From a virus, in the IMG/VR virus record IMGVR_UViG_3300009503_000030, positions 6,542 through 70,541 of that record: DNA of 64,000 nt, one strand, 5' to 3'. Position numbers and translations under genes: made by a program. A model generated the notes under the pieces. That model did not search any database and was not told the origin of the DNA. It saw only the letters and a program-made list of their open reading frames with translations. Positions 8,377-17,229 of this stretch are shown here, in pieces. The stretch's first letter is position 1. The number at the start of each line of letters is the position of its first letter.

Positions 8377-10233
8377 ATGGCAACCAGGAACTGCCGGTAC
8401 GGACTCTTGGCTCCCGTTGAGGGGCGGGACGAGGTGATGCGCCAACTGCGGGTCGCGCACGAGGTCTACAATACGCTCGTCCAGTACGAGCGGGAGCGGC
8501 GGAAGGCGGTGGCCGATGCGACCCGCGAGACCGACGCGGAGGTCGCGCGGCTGGAGGCGGAGGTCGAGGGGCTGCTGTCCCGACTGGCGGACCTGCGTGC
8601 TGCGATCCAGGCGGCACGGGCCGGCGGTGGGGACAACGCGCGTCTCGCGGAGGCCCAGGCGGAGGCGCGCGAGTGCCGGCGGCTGCTTGGAGAGGCGAAG
8701 GGCGCGCTCCGAGAAACCAAGCGGGTCGCGCGGCAGAACCCCGCGCTGCGGGAGCGACTCGAGGCCATCAAGGCCGAACACCATCGGCGTCAACTCGCGC
8801 TCTACCATGAGGTCGTAGAGGTGGGCAAACGGCTGTACTGGCCCTCGTGGAACGACACGAAGGCCGCCGTCGAGCAGGCGGCGAAGAAGACGAAGAACGG
8901 CGACCTGCGGTTCCGGCGGTGGACCGGCGAGGGGAGCCTGTACACCCAGGTCCAAGGGAAGCAACCGGTCTGCGAGACGGCGACCTCGCGCTGGGTCCGG
9001 ATCGACCCAGTGCCGCCCGAGGCGCATGATCCCGCGACGCCGCGCGGAGAGCGCCGGCGTCTGTGCCGGACCCGCTTCTATCTGCGCATCGGGAGCACGG
9101 GTCCACGGGAGGACCCTGTGTTCGCGGTGTTTCCGATGGTCTATCACAGGCCGCTGCCGGAGGGCGCCGTGATCTGCGGGGCGCGGATCGTCCGGCGCAA
9201 GAACGCGGACCGCGAGTACTGGCAGGCCGTGGTGACGGTGGACCTGCCGGATGAGGCCGCGCAGAAGAGCGGGCCGCGCGTCTGTGCGCTCGACATTGGA
9301 TGGCGGGACCGGAGGCCCGGGGGCTCCGACGAGCCGCCGCCGCTGCGAGTCGCGGCCTGGTACGACGGGGACCGGACGGGCGAGGTGCTCGTGGACCCGT
9401 CGGTCTTCGAGCGATGTGCGAAGGCGGACGCGATCCGGAGCACGCGGGACCGGATGCTCGATGACCTGCGGGCGTGGCTCTGCGAGGCGCGCAAGGACCT
9501 TCCCGAGCACTTGGCGGAGGCGCTCGCGGGCTGTGGTCTGTGGCGGGCCGCGGGGAAGTTCGCGCGGCTGCGCGGGCTTCTGAGTTCCGGCGATGTGCCG
9601 GCGGAAGTGCGAGACCGGTTCCTCGCGTGGTATCACCGCGACCGGCACCTTTGGCAATACGAGCACGGCATGAGGTTGAACGCGATCCGCGACCGCGACA
9701 ACGCCTATCGGATCGCGGCGAAGCGGTTCGCCCAGGAGTACGACGTGCTGATCGTCGAGGCGACGGGCACGCCGCAGAAGGAGCGGGACCCGAAGGCGCC
9801 GGCGGCGATGGACCTGCGGCCCTTGATCAAGGAGCCGGACCCCGAGGACGCGCCGCCGCGAGACCAGCAGCGCGAAAGGAAAGAGAACAAGGCGCACCAC
9901 CAGCGGTTCATCGCGGCGGCAGGGACGTTCAGGCGCTACCTGTTGGAAGCCGCGGCCAAGTACGGGACGCGCGTGGTGATGGTTCCGTGCGAGCAGACGA
10001 CGTTGGAGTGCTGGGTCTGCGGGGCGAAGTACGAGTTCGACCGGTGGCCGCTGATGCACGAGTGCGAGTCCTGCGGTACGACCTGGGACCAAGACCAGAA
10101 CGCCGCGCGGAACCTGTTTGCGAGGGGCGCTGTGGCGGCGAAAGGGCCAGGGCCGCTCGAAGTGCAAGGAAAACCGCGACTTCCGCGATGGCATAAGCGC
10201 CACAAAGCGTACCGCGAGGGCGGGGCGGGGTGA
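8377..10233 (+). CDS. cas12m: Type V CRISPR effector, Cas12m (V-M/V-U1)-like, 618 aa
   Basis: YGLLAP, QLRVAH, coiled-coil REC region, LYWPSWN, LRFRRWTGEG, HRPLP, RuvC ALDIGWR / LIVE / DQDQNAARN, Zn finger CWVC...CESC; directly upstream of the array. Confidence 0.88.
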   Translation: MATRNCRYGLLAPVEGRDEVMRQLRVAHEVYNTLVQYERERRKAVADATRETDAEVARLEAEVEGLLSRLADLRAAIQAARAGGGDNARLAEAQAEARECRRLLGEAKGALRETKRVARQNPALRERLEAIKAEHHRRQLALYHEVVEVGKRLYWPSWNDTKAAVEQAAKKTKNGDLRFRRWTGEGSLYTQVQGKQPVCETATSRWVRIDPVPPEAHDPATPRGERRRLCRTRFYLRIGSTGPREDPVFAVFPMVYHRPLPEGAVICGARIVRRKNADREYWQAVVTVDLPDEAAQKSGPRVCALDIGWRDRRPGGSDEPPPLRVAAWYDGDRTGEVLVDPSVFERCAKADAIRSTRDRMLDDLRAWLCEARKDLPEHLAEALAGCGLWRAAGKFARLRGLLSSGDVPAEVRDRFLAWYHRDRHLWQYEHGMRLNAIRDRDNAYRIAAKRFAQEYDVLIVEATGTPQKERDPKAPAAMDLRPLIKEPDPEDAPPRDQQRERKENKAHHQRFIAAAGTFRRYLLEAAAKYGTRVVMVPCEQTTLECWVCGAKYEFDRWPLMHECESCGTTWDQDQNAARNLFARGAVAAKGPGPLEVQGKPRLPRWHKRHKAYREGGAG

Positions 10234-10289
10234 ACCGCTCGAAAAGCGGGACGTAGGTCATTGAAAACATTATCTGTGCTGCGGGTGCT
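10234..10289 (+). promoter_or_regulatory. CRISPR leader with small hairpin and IHF-like site
   Basis: CCGCT-CGAAA-AGCGG hairpin; TAGGTCATTGAAA at 10254-10266 resembles the reverse IHF consensus. Confidence 0.45.
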
Positions 10290-11027
10290 GTGGAAAGGGT
10301 ATCTCTGGACCTTACAATCAGAGACAAAAAGCGCAAGTGAAACGCGCCCTCGACCGGCTGCGGGTGGAAAGGGTATCTCTGGACCTTACAATCAGAGACT
10401 CCGGCGACCGCCAGGATCGGGTACGGGTGCGGGCCGAGTGGAAAGGGTATCTCTGGACCTTACAATCAGAGACTCGAGTGCACCCGACGGCCCCGGACCC
10501 GGTACACCCGCGTGGAAAGGGTATCTCTGGACCTTACAATCAGAGACCTCGCGGTCGGACGGCTACACCCCTGGCTACACCCCGTGGAAAGGGTATCTCT
10601 GGACCTTACAATCAGAGACCCGGACTGGCTCTCCGACGCGCTCTGTGCGCTCGCGAGTGGAAAGGGTATCTCTGGACCTTACAATCAGAGACCGGCGCGA
10701 GCCGCACAACGGACACCCCGCCCCCCGTCGCAAGGGTATCTCGACACCTTCGAAGTCGAGACCGAGTGCCCCGGACCCCGTGCACGTGCGGCAAAGGTAT
10801 CTCGACACCTTGGGAGTCGAGACACGCACCGGCACCGGCGCCGCGTCCGGACGCGAGAGTGGCAAAGGTATCTCGGCACCTTTGAAGTCGAGACGGGGTA
10901 GGTCGCGCCGCACACGCCGCACCGCAGCCGCATGGAAAGGGCATCTCGACGCCTTTGAAGACGAGACATGGTGGCGGCGCATCCAGCCTAGGTTGAAAGG
11001 GCATCTCGACGCCTGTGAGGTCGAGAC
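10290..11027 (+). CRISPR. CRISPR array, 11 repeats of 36 bp and 10 spacers of 24-38 bp
   Basis: Six identical GTGGAAAGGGTATCTCTGGACCTTACAATCAGAGAC at 10290, 10364, 10438, 10512, 10584, 10657, then five variant repeats at 10727, 10788, 10859, 10932, 10992. Confidence 0.98.
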
Positions 11028-11063
11028 GAAGTCGAGACGAATCGGTCGTGCGCGACACGCGGA

Positions 11064-11678
11064 TCAGCGCCGTGGATCGGGCCGTAGCAACTCCGTGCCA
11101 TCCGGAAGGGTGATCGCAAGATTGCCATCTGCACGCTTGCGCCACTCCAACTCCTCGACCCGCGCCCGTACCTCTCCCTCCCCAGGGCCGACCACCAGAT
11201 AGACGCTGTCAACCGGACGACCACGGTGGTGCTGGACCAACAGCGTGCCTGGTGGGAGAGGCCCAGTGATCGTGACACGACGTGTTGATGCGTTGTACGC
11301 ATTGAAAGCGGGCATACGCTCATCGCCGAAGTAGGACCAGGAACTCGCTCCAGGCCGCCAGGCCATCCGATACCACTCAGGGCCGTTCCCCTTTGCATTC
11401 TGGTCTCGCACCGCCGCGCGAATCGAGTAGGTGTGCTCGTCTGGTGGTACGCGGCCTTCCCGCGCGTACTGCGTCGCGAGGGTCAATGGGTCGGGCTTCT
11501 GCGGTGCCGGTGCGGGCTCAGGGGGCGGCTCCTCTGGCTGGACAATCTCTTCGCGCATCGGGTGTGGGATGTCGTCGAGCCGCACCCAGTAGGTCCGCGC
11601 AACTCCATCGCGCCCGACGATCTTGACCGGTACGAGACCAGGGCCAGGCCCGGCGTGAAAGGCTTTCTGCGTGTCCAT
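11064..11678 (-). CDS. hypothetical protein with GLVPV..YWV motif, paralogue of 59606-60277
   Basis: AAGGAGGT RBS; LPPGTL and LPD.T shared with the paralogue. Confidence 0.72.
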   Translation of the reverse strand: MDTQKAFHAGPGPGLVPVKIVGRDGVARTYWVRLDDIPHPMREEIVQPEEPPPEPAPAPQKPDPLTLATQYAREGRVPPDEHTYSIRAAVRDQNAKGNGPEWYRMAWRPGASSWSYFGDERMPAFNAYNASTRRVTITGPLPPGTLLVQHHRGRPVDSVYLVVGPGEGEVRARVEELEWRKRADGNLAITLPDGTELLRPDPRR

Positions 11679-11738
11679 GGCCACCTCCTTCCCAACGTGC
11701 CGCCGTTGCGCAGAGGCAGCGGCACCCATCAGGATAAT

Positions 11739-13379
11739 CTATCGCATGTTCTCTGAGGATGAAAGCCCCAGCAGAAGTTCCTCCACCATGTCCTCGGCGC
11801 TTGCACCAGCGCCATCGAGCAGCCTGTCGGAGAGCTCCTGCTTCGCGATCAAGAGGCTTGCGAGACGCTGGTCAATGGTCCCGTCAATCACCAGGTGGTA
11901 GACGTTCACGGGGTCCGTCTGTCCAAGCCGGTGTATCCGGTCTTCGGCCTGCGTGATGTTTGCCGGAACCCAGTCAAGTTCCGCGAACACGGCGACTCGC
12001 GCGGCGGTCAACGTGAGCCCGACACCTGCCGCGGTAATCGAGCCGATGAAAACGCGGGTTCCGGCGGCTGTCTGAAAACGCTCAACGAGGCCGTCCCGCT
12101 CCTTCTGTGGGGTCTCCCCCGTCAAGACCACGGCCCCGTAGTCCCGTAGCCGTTCTGCCAAGATCGCAATCACGTCCTGATGATGCGCGAAGACCACGAC
12201 CTTCCGCTCGGAGTCGAGGATGTCCGCCACCCACTCCGCGACAACCGGCGCCTTCGCGAGGGCCGTGGTGTGGCGGACGCGGCTGATCTCGGTGAGCGCG
12301 ATACGACGGGCCTCCCGAAGGCGCGCGACCGCCTGGGCGTATGCGGTCGTGTCGTCAGGAGCCGCCTGGACCGCCTCCTGGGAAGGGCATCGCGACGCCT
12401 TGAAGAGCGAGACGTGCAGGGTTCGCAAGCAGAGCCCGTGCTTCTCCCAGAGCACCCGTTCGCAAGACAGGTCCACGGAGTCCGGTGGCGAGAGAATGAC
12501 GAGCGACCGGCGCTTCGGGGGGAGTTGCGACAGCACGTCCCTCTTCAGCCGGCGGATCATGATGGTCTCGCGGAGAATGGATGCGAGTTCCTCGATATTG
12601 GAGGCCCCGTCGGCCCTCCAGATCGAGCGCTGCACGCGGCCCTTCGTCCAGATGGTTTCGGTGTGCCCTGCGCAGTAGCGGACCTCGAACTGATGACGGG
12701 ACCGCCAGCGTCCTGGGTCCAGCGCTTGGAGCGTGGTGTAGAGCTCGGCTGGGCGATTGAGGACTGGGGTCCCCGTCAAGAAGATGCGCCGTGATGCGGC
12801 GTGGACGAGGCCGCGTTGTCCGGCGGACGCCGTGTACCAGCGCCCGTATGCGTTCTTGCGGTAGCGCGGCGGGACGCCGCAGATCGCGCGCGTCTGCTGG
12901 GCGTCGGGGTTCTTCAACCGGTGCGACTCGTCCACAATGAGCAGGTCCCAATGCTGCATGAGCATTGACAGTCGCATTGGATCGCGGACCTGCTCGTAGT
13001 TGGTGATGGCGAGGAGATTGCCGTCGGGCGGCACGGGGCCATCCACGATGACCACATCGAAGGGTCGCACGAGCCAACGGCGCGCCTCGTAGGCCCAGTT
13101 GGTCTTGAGCGTCGCGGGGCAGATTACGAGCACCCGTCGGATCGCGGGGTCCGCGTTGACCAGTCCAAGCGCCTGGATGGTCTTGCCCGTGCCCATCTCG
13201 TCGGCGATCAGAGCGTTTTGTCTCGCAAGACAGAAGGCGATGCCCTCCTCCTGGAAGGGGAGGTAGTGCAACCCGTCGGGAGCGGGGATTGGGGGTCGGG
13301 CGGTGGTGAACGCTGGTTGGGGGGAGAACTTGGGAGGTCCGCCCGACCCCGCGGTGGGTCCAGTGGGGTATCCCATCAT
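11739..13379 (-). CDS. SNF2-family (HARP/SMARCAL1-like) helicase
   Basis: DEMGTGKT, DESH, LTGTP, QAEDRIHRLGQ. Confidence 0.95.
   Translation of the reverse strand: MMGYPTGPTAGSGGPPKFSPQPAFTTARPPIPAPDGLHYLPFQEEGIAFCLARQNALIADEMGTGKTIQALGLVNADPAIRRVLVICPATLKTNWAYEARRWLVRPFDVVIVDGPVPPDGNLLAITNYEQVRDPMRLSMLMQHWDLLIVDESHRLKNPDAQQTRAICGVPPRYRKNAYGRWYTASAGQRGLVHAASRRIFLTGTPVLNRPAELYTTLQALDPGRWRSRHQFEVRYCAGHTETIWTKGRVQRSIWRADGASNIEELASILRETIMIRRLKRDVLSQLPPKRRSLVILSPPDSVDLSCERVLWEKHGLCLRTLHVSLFKASRCPSQEAVQAAPDDTTAYAQAVARLREARRIALTEISRVRHTTALAKAPVVAEWVADILDSERKVVVFAHHQDVIAILAERLRDYGAVVLTGETPQKERDGLVERFQTAAGTRVFIGSITAAGVGLTLTAARVAVFAELDWVPANITQAEDRIHRLGQTDPVNVYHLVIDGTIDQRLASLLIAKQELSDRLLDGAGASAEDMVEELLLGLSSSENMR
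12378..12413 (+). repeat. Solitary CRISPR repeat inside the helicase gene (antisense)
   Basis: CTGGGAAGGGCATCGCGACGCCTTGAAGAGCGAGAC. Confidence 0.8.
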
Positions 13380-13687
13380 CCTCCTTTTCGGCGCGTGATG
13401 CAAGCGCCGTCATCACGATGCGTTCCGACGAGTTCATCGAGGCACACGTCGAGGACATGCGCCAGCAGCACCATGTCGGTGGCCGATGGGACGGTGCGCT
13501 CCGTCTCCCAGTTGGCGATGGTATTGATCGAGACGCGCCGACCGGTGTATTCGGCGAAGGCCGCGGCCAGGTCCTTGCGGCGCCAAGAGCGGGCCTCGCG
13601 ATGGTGGCGGAGAAGCACGCCGCAGAAGGTCTCGACTTTGAAGGCGTCGCGATGCCCTTTCCATTTGGGCCTGTGCATCAGAGACAT
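13376..13687 (-). CDS. XRE-family HTH regulator
   Basis: LRHHREAR...DLA...TIANWE...P...LAHVLDVCLDELVG. Confidence 0.85.
   Translation of the reverse strand: MSLMHRPKWKGHRDAFKVETFCGVLLRHHREARSWRRKDLAAAFAEYTGRRVSINTIANWETERTVPSATDMVLLAHVLDVCLDELVGTHRDDGACITRRKGG
13629..13664 (-). repeat. Solitary CRISPR repeat in the 5' end of the HTH gene (sense)
   Basis: ATGGAAAGGGCATCGCGACGCCTTCAAAGTCGAGAC. Confidence 0.9.
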
Positions 13688-13923
13688 TCGTCGGCCTCCA
13701 ACAGTTCCAACGAGCGTAGCGCCGCGGCCCGTTGTGGCGCGAGTCGCGGGTCGTCCTCGTAGGGTGAGGGACGGTACGGCGGGTGTGGGACGACGGAGAG
13801 GACGGGGCGCAAGGCGTCGAGCACCCGACGCGCCGCCGCGATATCGCGGTCGGACGGTGGTCCAGACAGACGGTCGCCGTACCAGTTGAGGATCACGAGA
13901 TACTCTAGGGCGTCTTGAGTCAT
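13678..13923 (-). CDS. hypothetical protein
   Basis: Coupled to the terminase stop; GAGGTG RBS. Confidence 0.55.
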   Translation of the reverse strand: MTQDALEYLVILNWYGDRLSGPPSDRDIAAARRVLDALRPVLSVVPHPPYRPSPYEDDPRLAPQRAAALRSLELLEADECL

Positions 13924-15869
13924 CAGTACACCTCTGCGACTTCATCAAAATCGCTGAGCGCTGGCAACCCGATCTGCCGCGCCAGGTCCCAGGTGAGGCG
14001 CGTCGGGAACGGGTCTGTGGATTCATCACGAGTTTCAATGGGGCCGGCGGGGGTGAATGCCGTTCGGTTCTTCAAGAGGTTTCCCGCGAGCCAGAACAGG
14101 GACACGTAGAAGCGCGTGAGGCGGCCCTTGTTTGCGAGACGCCGTTTCCTCTGAATCCAGTCGGTGAACATCGGGTCTCGGATTCGGATGAGGTCCTGGG
14201 CGTAGGCGGTGGCTGCTTGATGGTCGGTCAGAGCGATCTCGTAGTTGTGGGTGACGAGTTTGTTGCCGTACTGCGATGGGTCTGTGATCTGCGACTCGTA
14301 GGCGACGTAAGCCTCTGGATTCGTGTGGGTCACGGGGTCGTAGAGGGTGACGTACACGATGTCGTCCCGCACGTAGACCGTGGACATGTTGGAGCGGCCC
14401 CAGATGGCGACCACGTAGGGTCCGGTGAAGGACTGCGTGTCGAGGGTGGCGGTGTCGGCCTCCAGGAGCGCTGGGCGGAGTTGGGTAGCAACGCGCCAGG
14501 CGATGAGCATGGCGCTCACGAGGTCGGGGAGGTGCTTCTCGCGGGTCGTGGCGATGAGCGCCTCGATGAGGTGGGAGAGACCGCTTGCGTCTCGCGCGAA
14601 GAAGAGCCGACCGGCGTTCATCTGGTGCGCCGCGATCTCGAGGTCCCCCCCGACGCGATACACGGAGGCGCCGGTGTGGATGGGGATCACGGCTGTACCT
14701 GGCAGGACATCGGAGAGGAAGGAGGCCACCATATCCTGGACGGCGTTGTTCTCGACGCCGATGACGAGCCTGGGGAAGCGCTCGGAGAGCGCCTTGAGGC
14801 GTCCGACGAGTCCGCCGGCGGTCCAGTGTCCGGAGGCGACGGACAGGACGAAGCAGCGGAGGTCGGAGATGCCGAGCACGCAGATCGCGGACTCGGTGGG
14901 GCCGTTGGGCGCCGCGAGGTCCACGCCGGCGATCACCATGTCCTCGCCAAGCGGGGTCCAGATGCGGGCGTTGTACGCCTGACCGCGAGACCTGGCGAGG
15001 GCGATGGACTCGTCGGTGAAGACGCGGGTATCCTCTTCTGGGGGGAGGGTCAGGAGGTACTGGCGCGCCCATTCTTGCGGCGTGGTCTTCGACTGGCGCT
15101 CGGCTACGCGCTCAGGGGTCCAGTGGGAGGGCCAGAGGGGCGTGCCGCTGTCATCCACAACAGGGAAGGTGCGGGCGACGTATCCGAGGTCGCGGACGAG
15201 GCGGTGCAGCACGTCATCCTTGTGCCACTTGACGCCGACGGCGATCACCCGCCCGACCTCGGAGAGGCGGGTGAGGTACGAGGCGTTGACGAACTCCCAG
15301 ATTTTGTCTCGCTGGTACGCGGTGGCGGTGTTCTGAGGGGACAGGATGTCGTCGAGAATGAGAAGGTCCACGCGCGCTCCAAGAATCTGGCCGTTGATGC
15401 CGATGGCCTGGTACGATGGGTCCTTTGAGACGATGGGCCGTGTAATCGTGAACACGCCGTCGGACCACGGGTGCGCGGGCCGCACGTTCGGGAAGACGCG
15501 GTGGTAGATTTTGTTCCTCTCGACGGTTTCCTTGATGAACCGCCCGAACTTGATGGCCTGGCGTTCGGTGGCCGAGACCACAACGATCCGGAGGTTCGGG
15601 TTGCGAGACAGGACCCATAGAGGGATGAGCTGGGAGCAGTGGACGCTCTTTCCATGCTCCGGTGCGGCCCAGATCACGCTGTATTTCTGCGTGGAGAGGA
15701 GGCGCAACCATTCGTATTGGAAGGGGGCCACCTCGAGCATCCGACCGCGCTCGTCGCGGAAGCAGGTGGACACCCAGATCGGGTAGGACCGGCGGGCGGC
15801 GGGCAGGATGCGCGATTCGAACACGTCTGGGGCGACGTGTGGGCGGAGTGGGGCCTTGAGGTGGTGCAT
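13923..15869 (-). CDS. terL: Terminase large subunit with C-terminal extension
   Basis: APEHGKS Walker A, GARVDLLILDD Walker B, WHKDD, AGVDLA nuclease motif, VENN. Confidence 0.92.
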   Translation of the reverse strand: MHHLKAPLRPHVAPDVFESRILPAARRSYPIWVSTCFRDERGRMLEVAPFQYEWLRLLSTQKYSVIWAAPEHGKSVHCSQLIPLWVLSRNPNLRIVVVSATERQAIKFGRFIKETVERNKIYHRVFPNVRPAHPWSDGVFTITRPIVSKDPSYQAIGINGQILGARVDLLILDDILSPQNTATAYQRDKIWEFVNASYLTRLSEVGRVIAVGVKWHKDDVLHRLVRDLGYVARTFPVVDDSGTPLWPSHWTPERVAERQSKTTPQEWARQYLLTLPPEEDTRVFTDESIALARSRGQAYNARIWTPLGEDMVIAGVDLAAPNGPTESAICVLGISDLRCFVLSVASGHWTAGGLVGRLKALSERFPRLVIGVENNAVQDMVASFLSDVLPGTAVIPIHTGASVYRVGGDLEIAAHQMNAGRLFFARDASGLSHLIEALIATTREKHLPDLVSAMLIAWRVATQLRPALLEADTATLDTQSFTGPYVVAIWGRSNMSTVYVRDDIVYVTLYDPVTHTNPEAYVAYESQITDPSQYGNKLVTHNYEIALTDHQAATAYAQDLIRIRDPMFTDWIQRKRRLANKGRLTRFYVSLFWLAGNLLKNRTAFTPAGPIETRDESTDPFPTRLTWDLARQIGLPALSDFDEVAEVY

Positions 15870-15963
15870 CGTACCCTCGCTCCCAATATCTTGACACTAC
15901 GGCGGGCGGTGGTCAAGTGGCGGAGACCGGCCACGGACGCGGGGATGCGCGGCGAGATGCGGA

Positions 15964-16204
15964 AAACCGCATGGTTGGGCCAGATGTGCGTGTCCCCAGG
16001 TTGAAAGATGTGTAATGACGCGGACTTACGGAACACGGCCAGTTGCGGGCGAAAAAATCCGATGGTTGAAAAACGCCCATGATATCGCGTGGTTAGAATA
16101 TCGCGAAAAAAAGTTCTTGCGTACCGCGCGACGGGTGCGAAAATGGGGGTGGAAGGCGGCGCTGCCGCCAGACCCCCGCATGGGGCGGGGGTTGAAAAGG
16201 AGGG
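15964..16204 (+). promoter_or_regulatory. Early promoter island 2
   Basis: 34-bp box, A-tract then TTGCGT...GAAAAT, two-hairpin leader, AAAAGGAGG. Confidence 0.7.
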
Positions 16205-16211
16205 AAGGAAG

Positions 16212-16661
16212 ATGCAGTTCTTCGTGAACGACGGATCGGCTGGCATTTATGTGGACGCGGCCAGTCCACGGGAGGCCGCCGAGGAGTACGTCAGGACCTC
16301 GGAGTGGCCGGAGTCGTCGGCCACCTCGTGGGTCCGCGTCAGGGTTTCGCATCGGGTCCCGTCCAGACGCGGTATCACGGAGATCGATGACGGGGTGTAC
16401 TTTGTCCCCATCGATCCGAAGGAGCCGCCATGCACCGAGGGGCCGCTGGACCCCCACGAGTGGGACCTGCGCTCGGAGGTCGGCCACGGGGCCGGCCTCA
16501 TCGTGACGGAGGTCTGCACGCGGTGCGGGGTCCGCCGCGTGACGGATACCTGGGCGACGGACCCTGAGACGGGGCGCCAAGGGCTGCGCTCCGTCCGGTA
16601 CGAGCCGGCGGACGATGCGTCCCTGGCATGGGTCAAACGAGGAGGTGATTCATGTTTCTGA
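16212..16661 (+). CDS. hypothetical Zn-binding protein, paralogue of 6393-6800
   Basis: EAAEEYVRTSEWP, CTRCG, DTWATDPETG. Confidence 0.75.
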   Translation: MQFFVNDGSAGIYVDAASPREAAEEYVRTSEWPESSATSWVRVRVSHRVPSRRGITEIDDGVYFVPIDPKEPPCTEGPLDPHEWDLRSEVGHGAGLIVTEVCTRCGVRRVTDTWATDPETGRQGLRSVRYEPADDASLAWVKRGGDSCF

Positions 16662-17002
16662 ACATCAGCAACCATCCCGTGCAGAAGTGGGACGCGGCCC
16701 AGCGGCAGGCCGCGGAGGGGATGGCGAGTCCGGTCGTGGACCTGCCGTTTCCGGCGGTCCCGCCCGAGGCGGACGAGGACCTCGTGGCGGCCCTGTGCGA
16801 GCAGGTGCTCGCGCAGGTGCCCGATGCGGCCACGCACGCGATGGTCCAGGGTGAGTTTACCCTGACCTTCGCGCTCGTCAAGGAACTCCAGGCGCGCGGC
16901 GTCGTGTGCGTGGCGGCGACGACCGCGCGGGACGTGGTGGAGGGACCGGACGGGACGAAGATGTCCCGATTCCGGTTCGTCCGGTTTCGGGAGTATCGGT
17001 AG
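16652..17002 (+). CDS. Csx20-like CRISPR-associated Rossmann protein (putative cOA ring nuclease)
   Basis: NISNHP..W...Q, DLPFP.VPP, VQGEF, ATT.R, F.FVRFREY match the remembered family pattern. Confidence 0.72.
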   Translation: MFLNISNHPVQKWDAAQRQAAEGMASPVVDLPFPAVPPEADEDLVAALCEQVLAQVPDAATHAMVQGEFTLTFALVKELQARGVVCVAATTARDVVEGPDGTKMSRFRFVRFREYR

Positions 17003-17137
17003 ATGCGGACCGTAATCGCGTTGGCCCTGTTCGCCGGCACCTTTGTGGCGCCGCGCTGGGTGGGGCCGCTGAATCTGCCTGTGACCCTGCTTTCTGCGGC
17101 GGTCATCTTGGCCGTCTGGCAGGCGAGCAGGGTGTAG
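17003..17137 (+). CDS. small membrane protein (44 aa)
   Basis: [12 protein letters not shown]...[12 protein letters not shown], two hydrophobic segments. Confidence 0.45.
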   Translation: MRTVIALALFAGTFVAPRWVGPLNLPVTLLSAAVILAVWQASRV

Positions 17138-17229
17138 GGGGCGCGCCAGGGGCGGGTTGTCCCTCCTTTTCCCGCCAGCGCGACGCCCGCCTTGCCCTGG
17201 CCAGGGCGGGCACACAAAGGAGGTCTAAG

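Noticed and set aside
8179-10203. Long antisense ORFs (this one, 49165-51957, 36034-37704 and similar)
   Set aside because: Shadow frames of real genes in high-GC DNA, with no motifs or RBS.
8377-10233. IS200/IS605 TnpB transposon
   Set aside because: No TnpA or IS ends, Cas12m-specific motifs are present, and an array is adjacent.
10326-10991. Self-targeting by array spacers
   Set aside because: By eye I found only 10-12 nt matches (spacer 5 vs 9281 and about 4940; spacer 10 vs 13601; spacer 9 vs 22442), which is expected at this GC content. A computed search is still needed.
10261-11202. Long ORFs across the CRISPR array
   Set aside because: They are translations of stop-free repeats and spacers.
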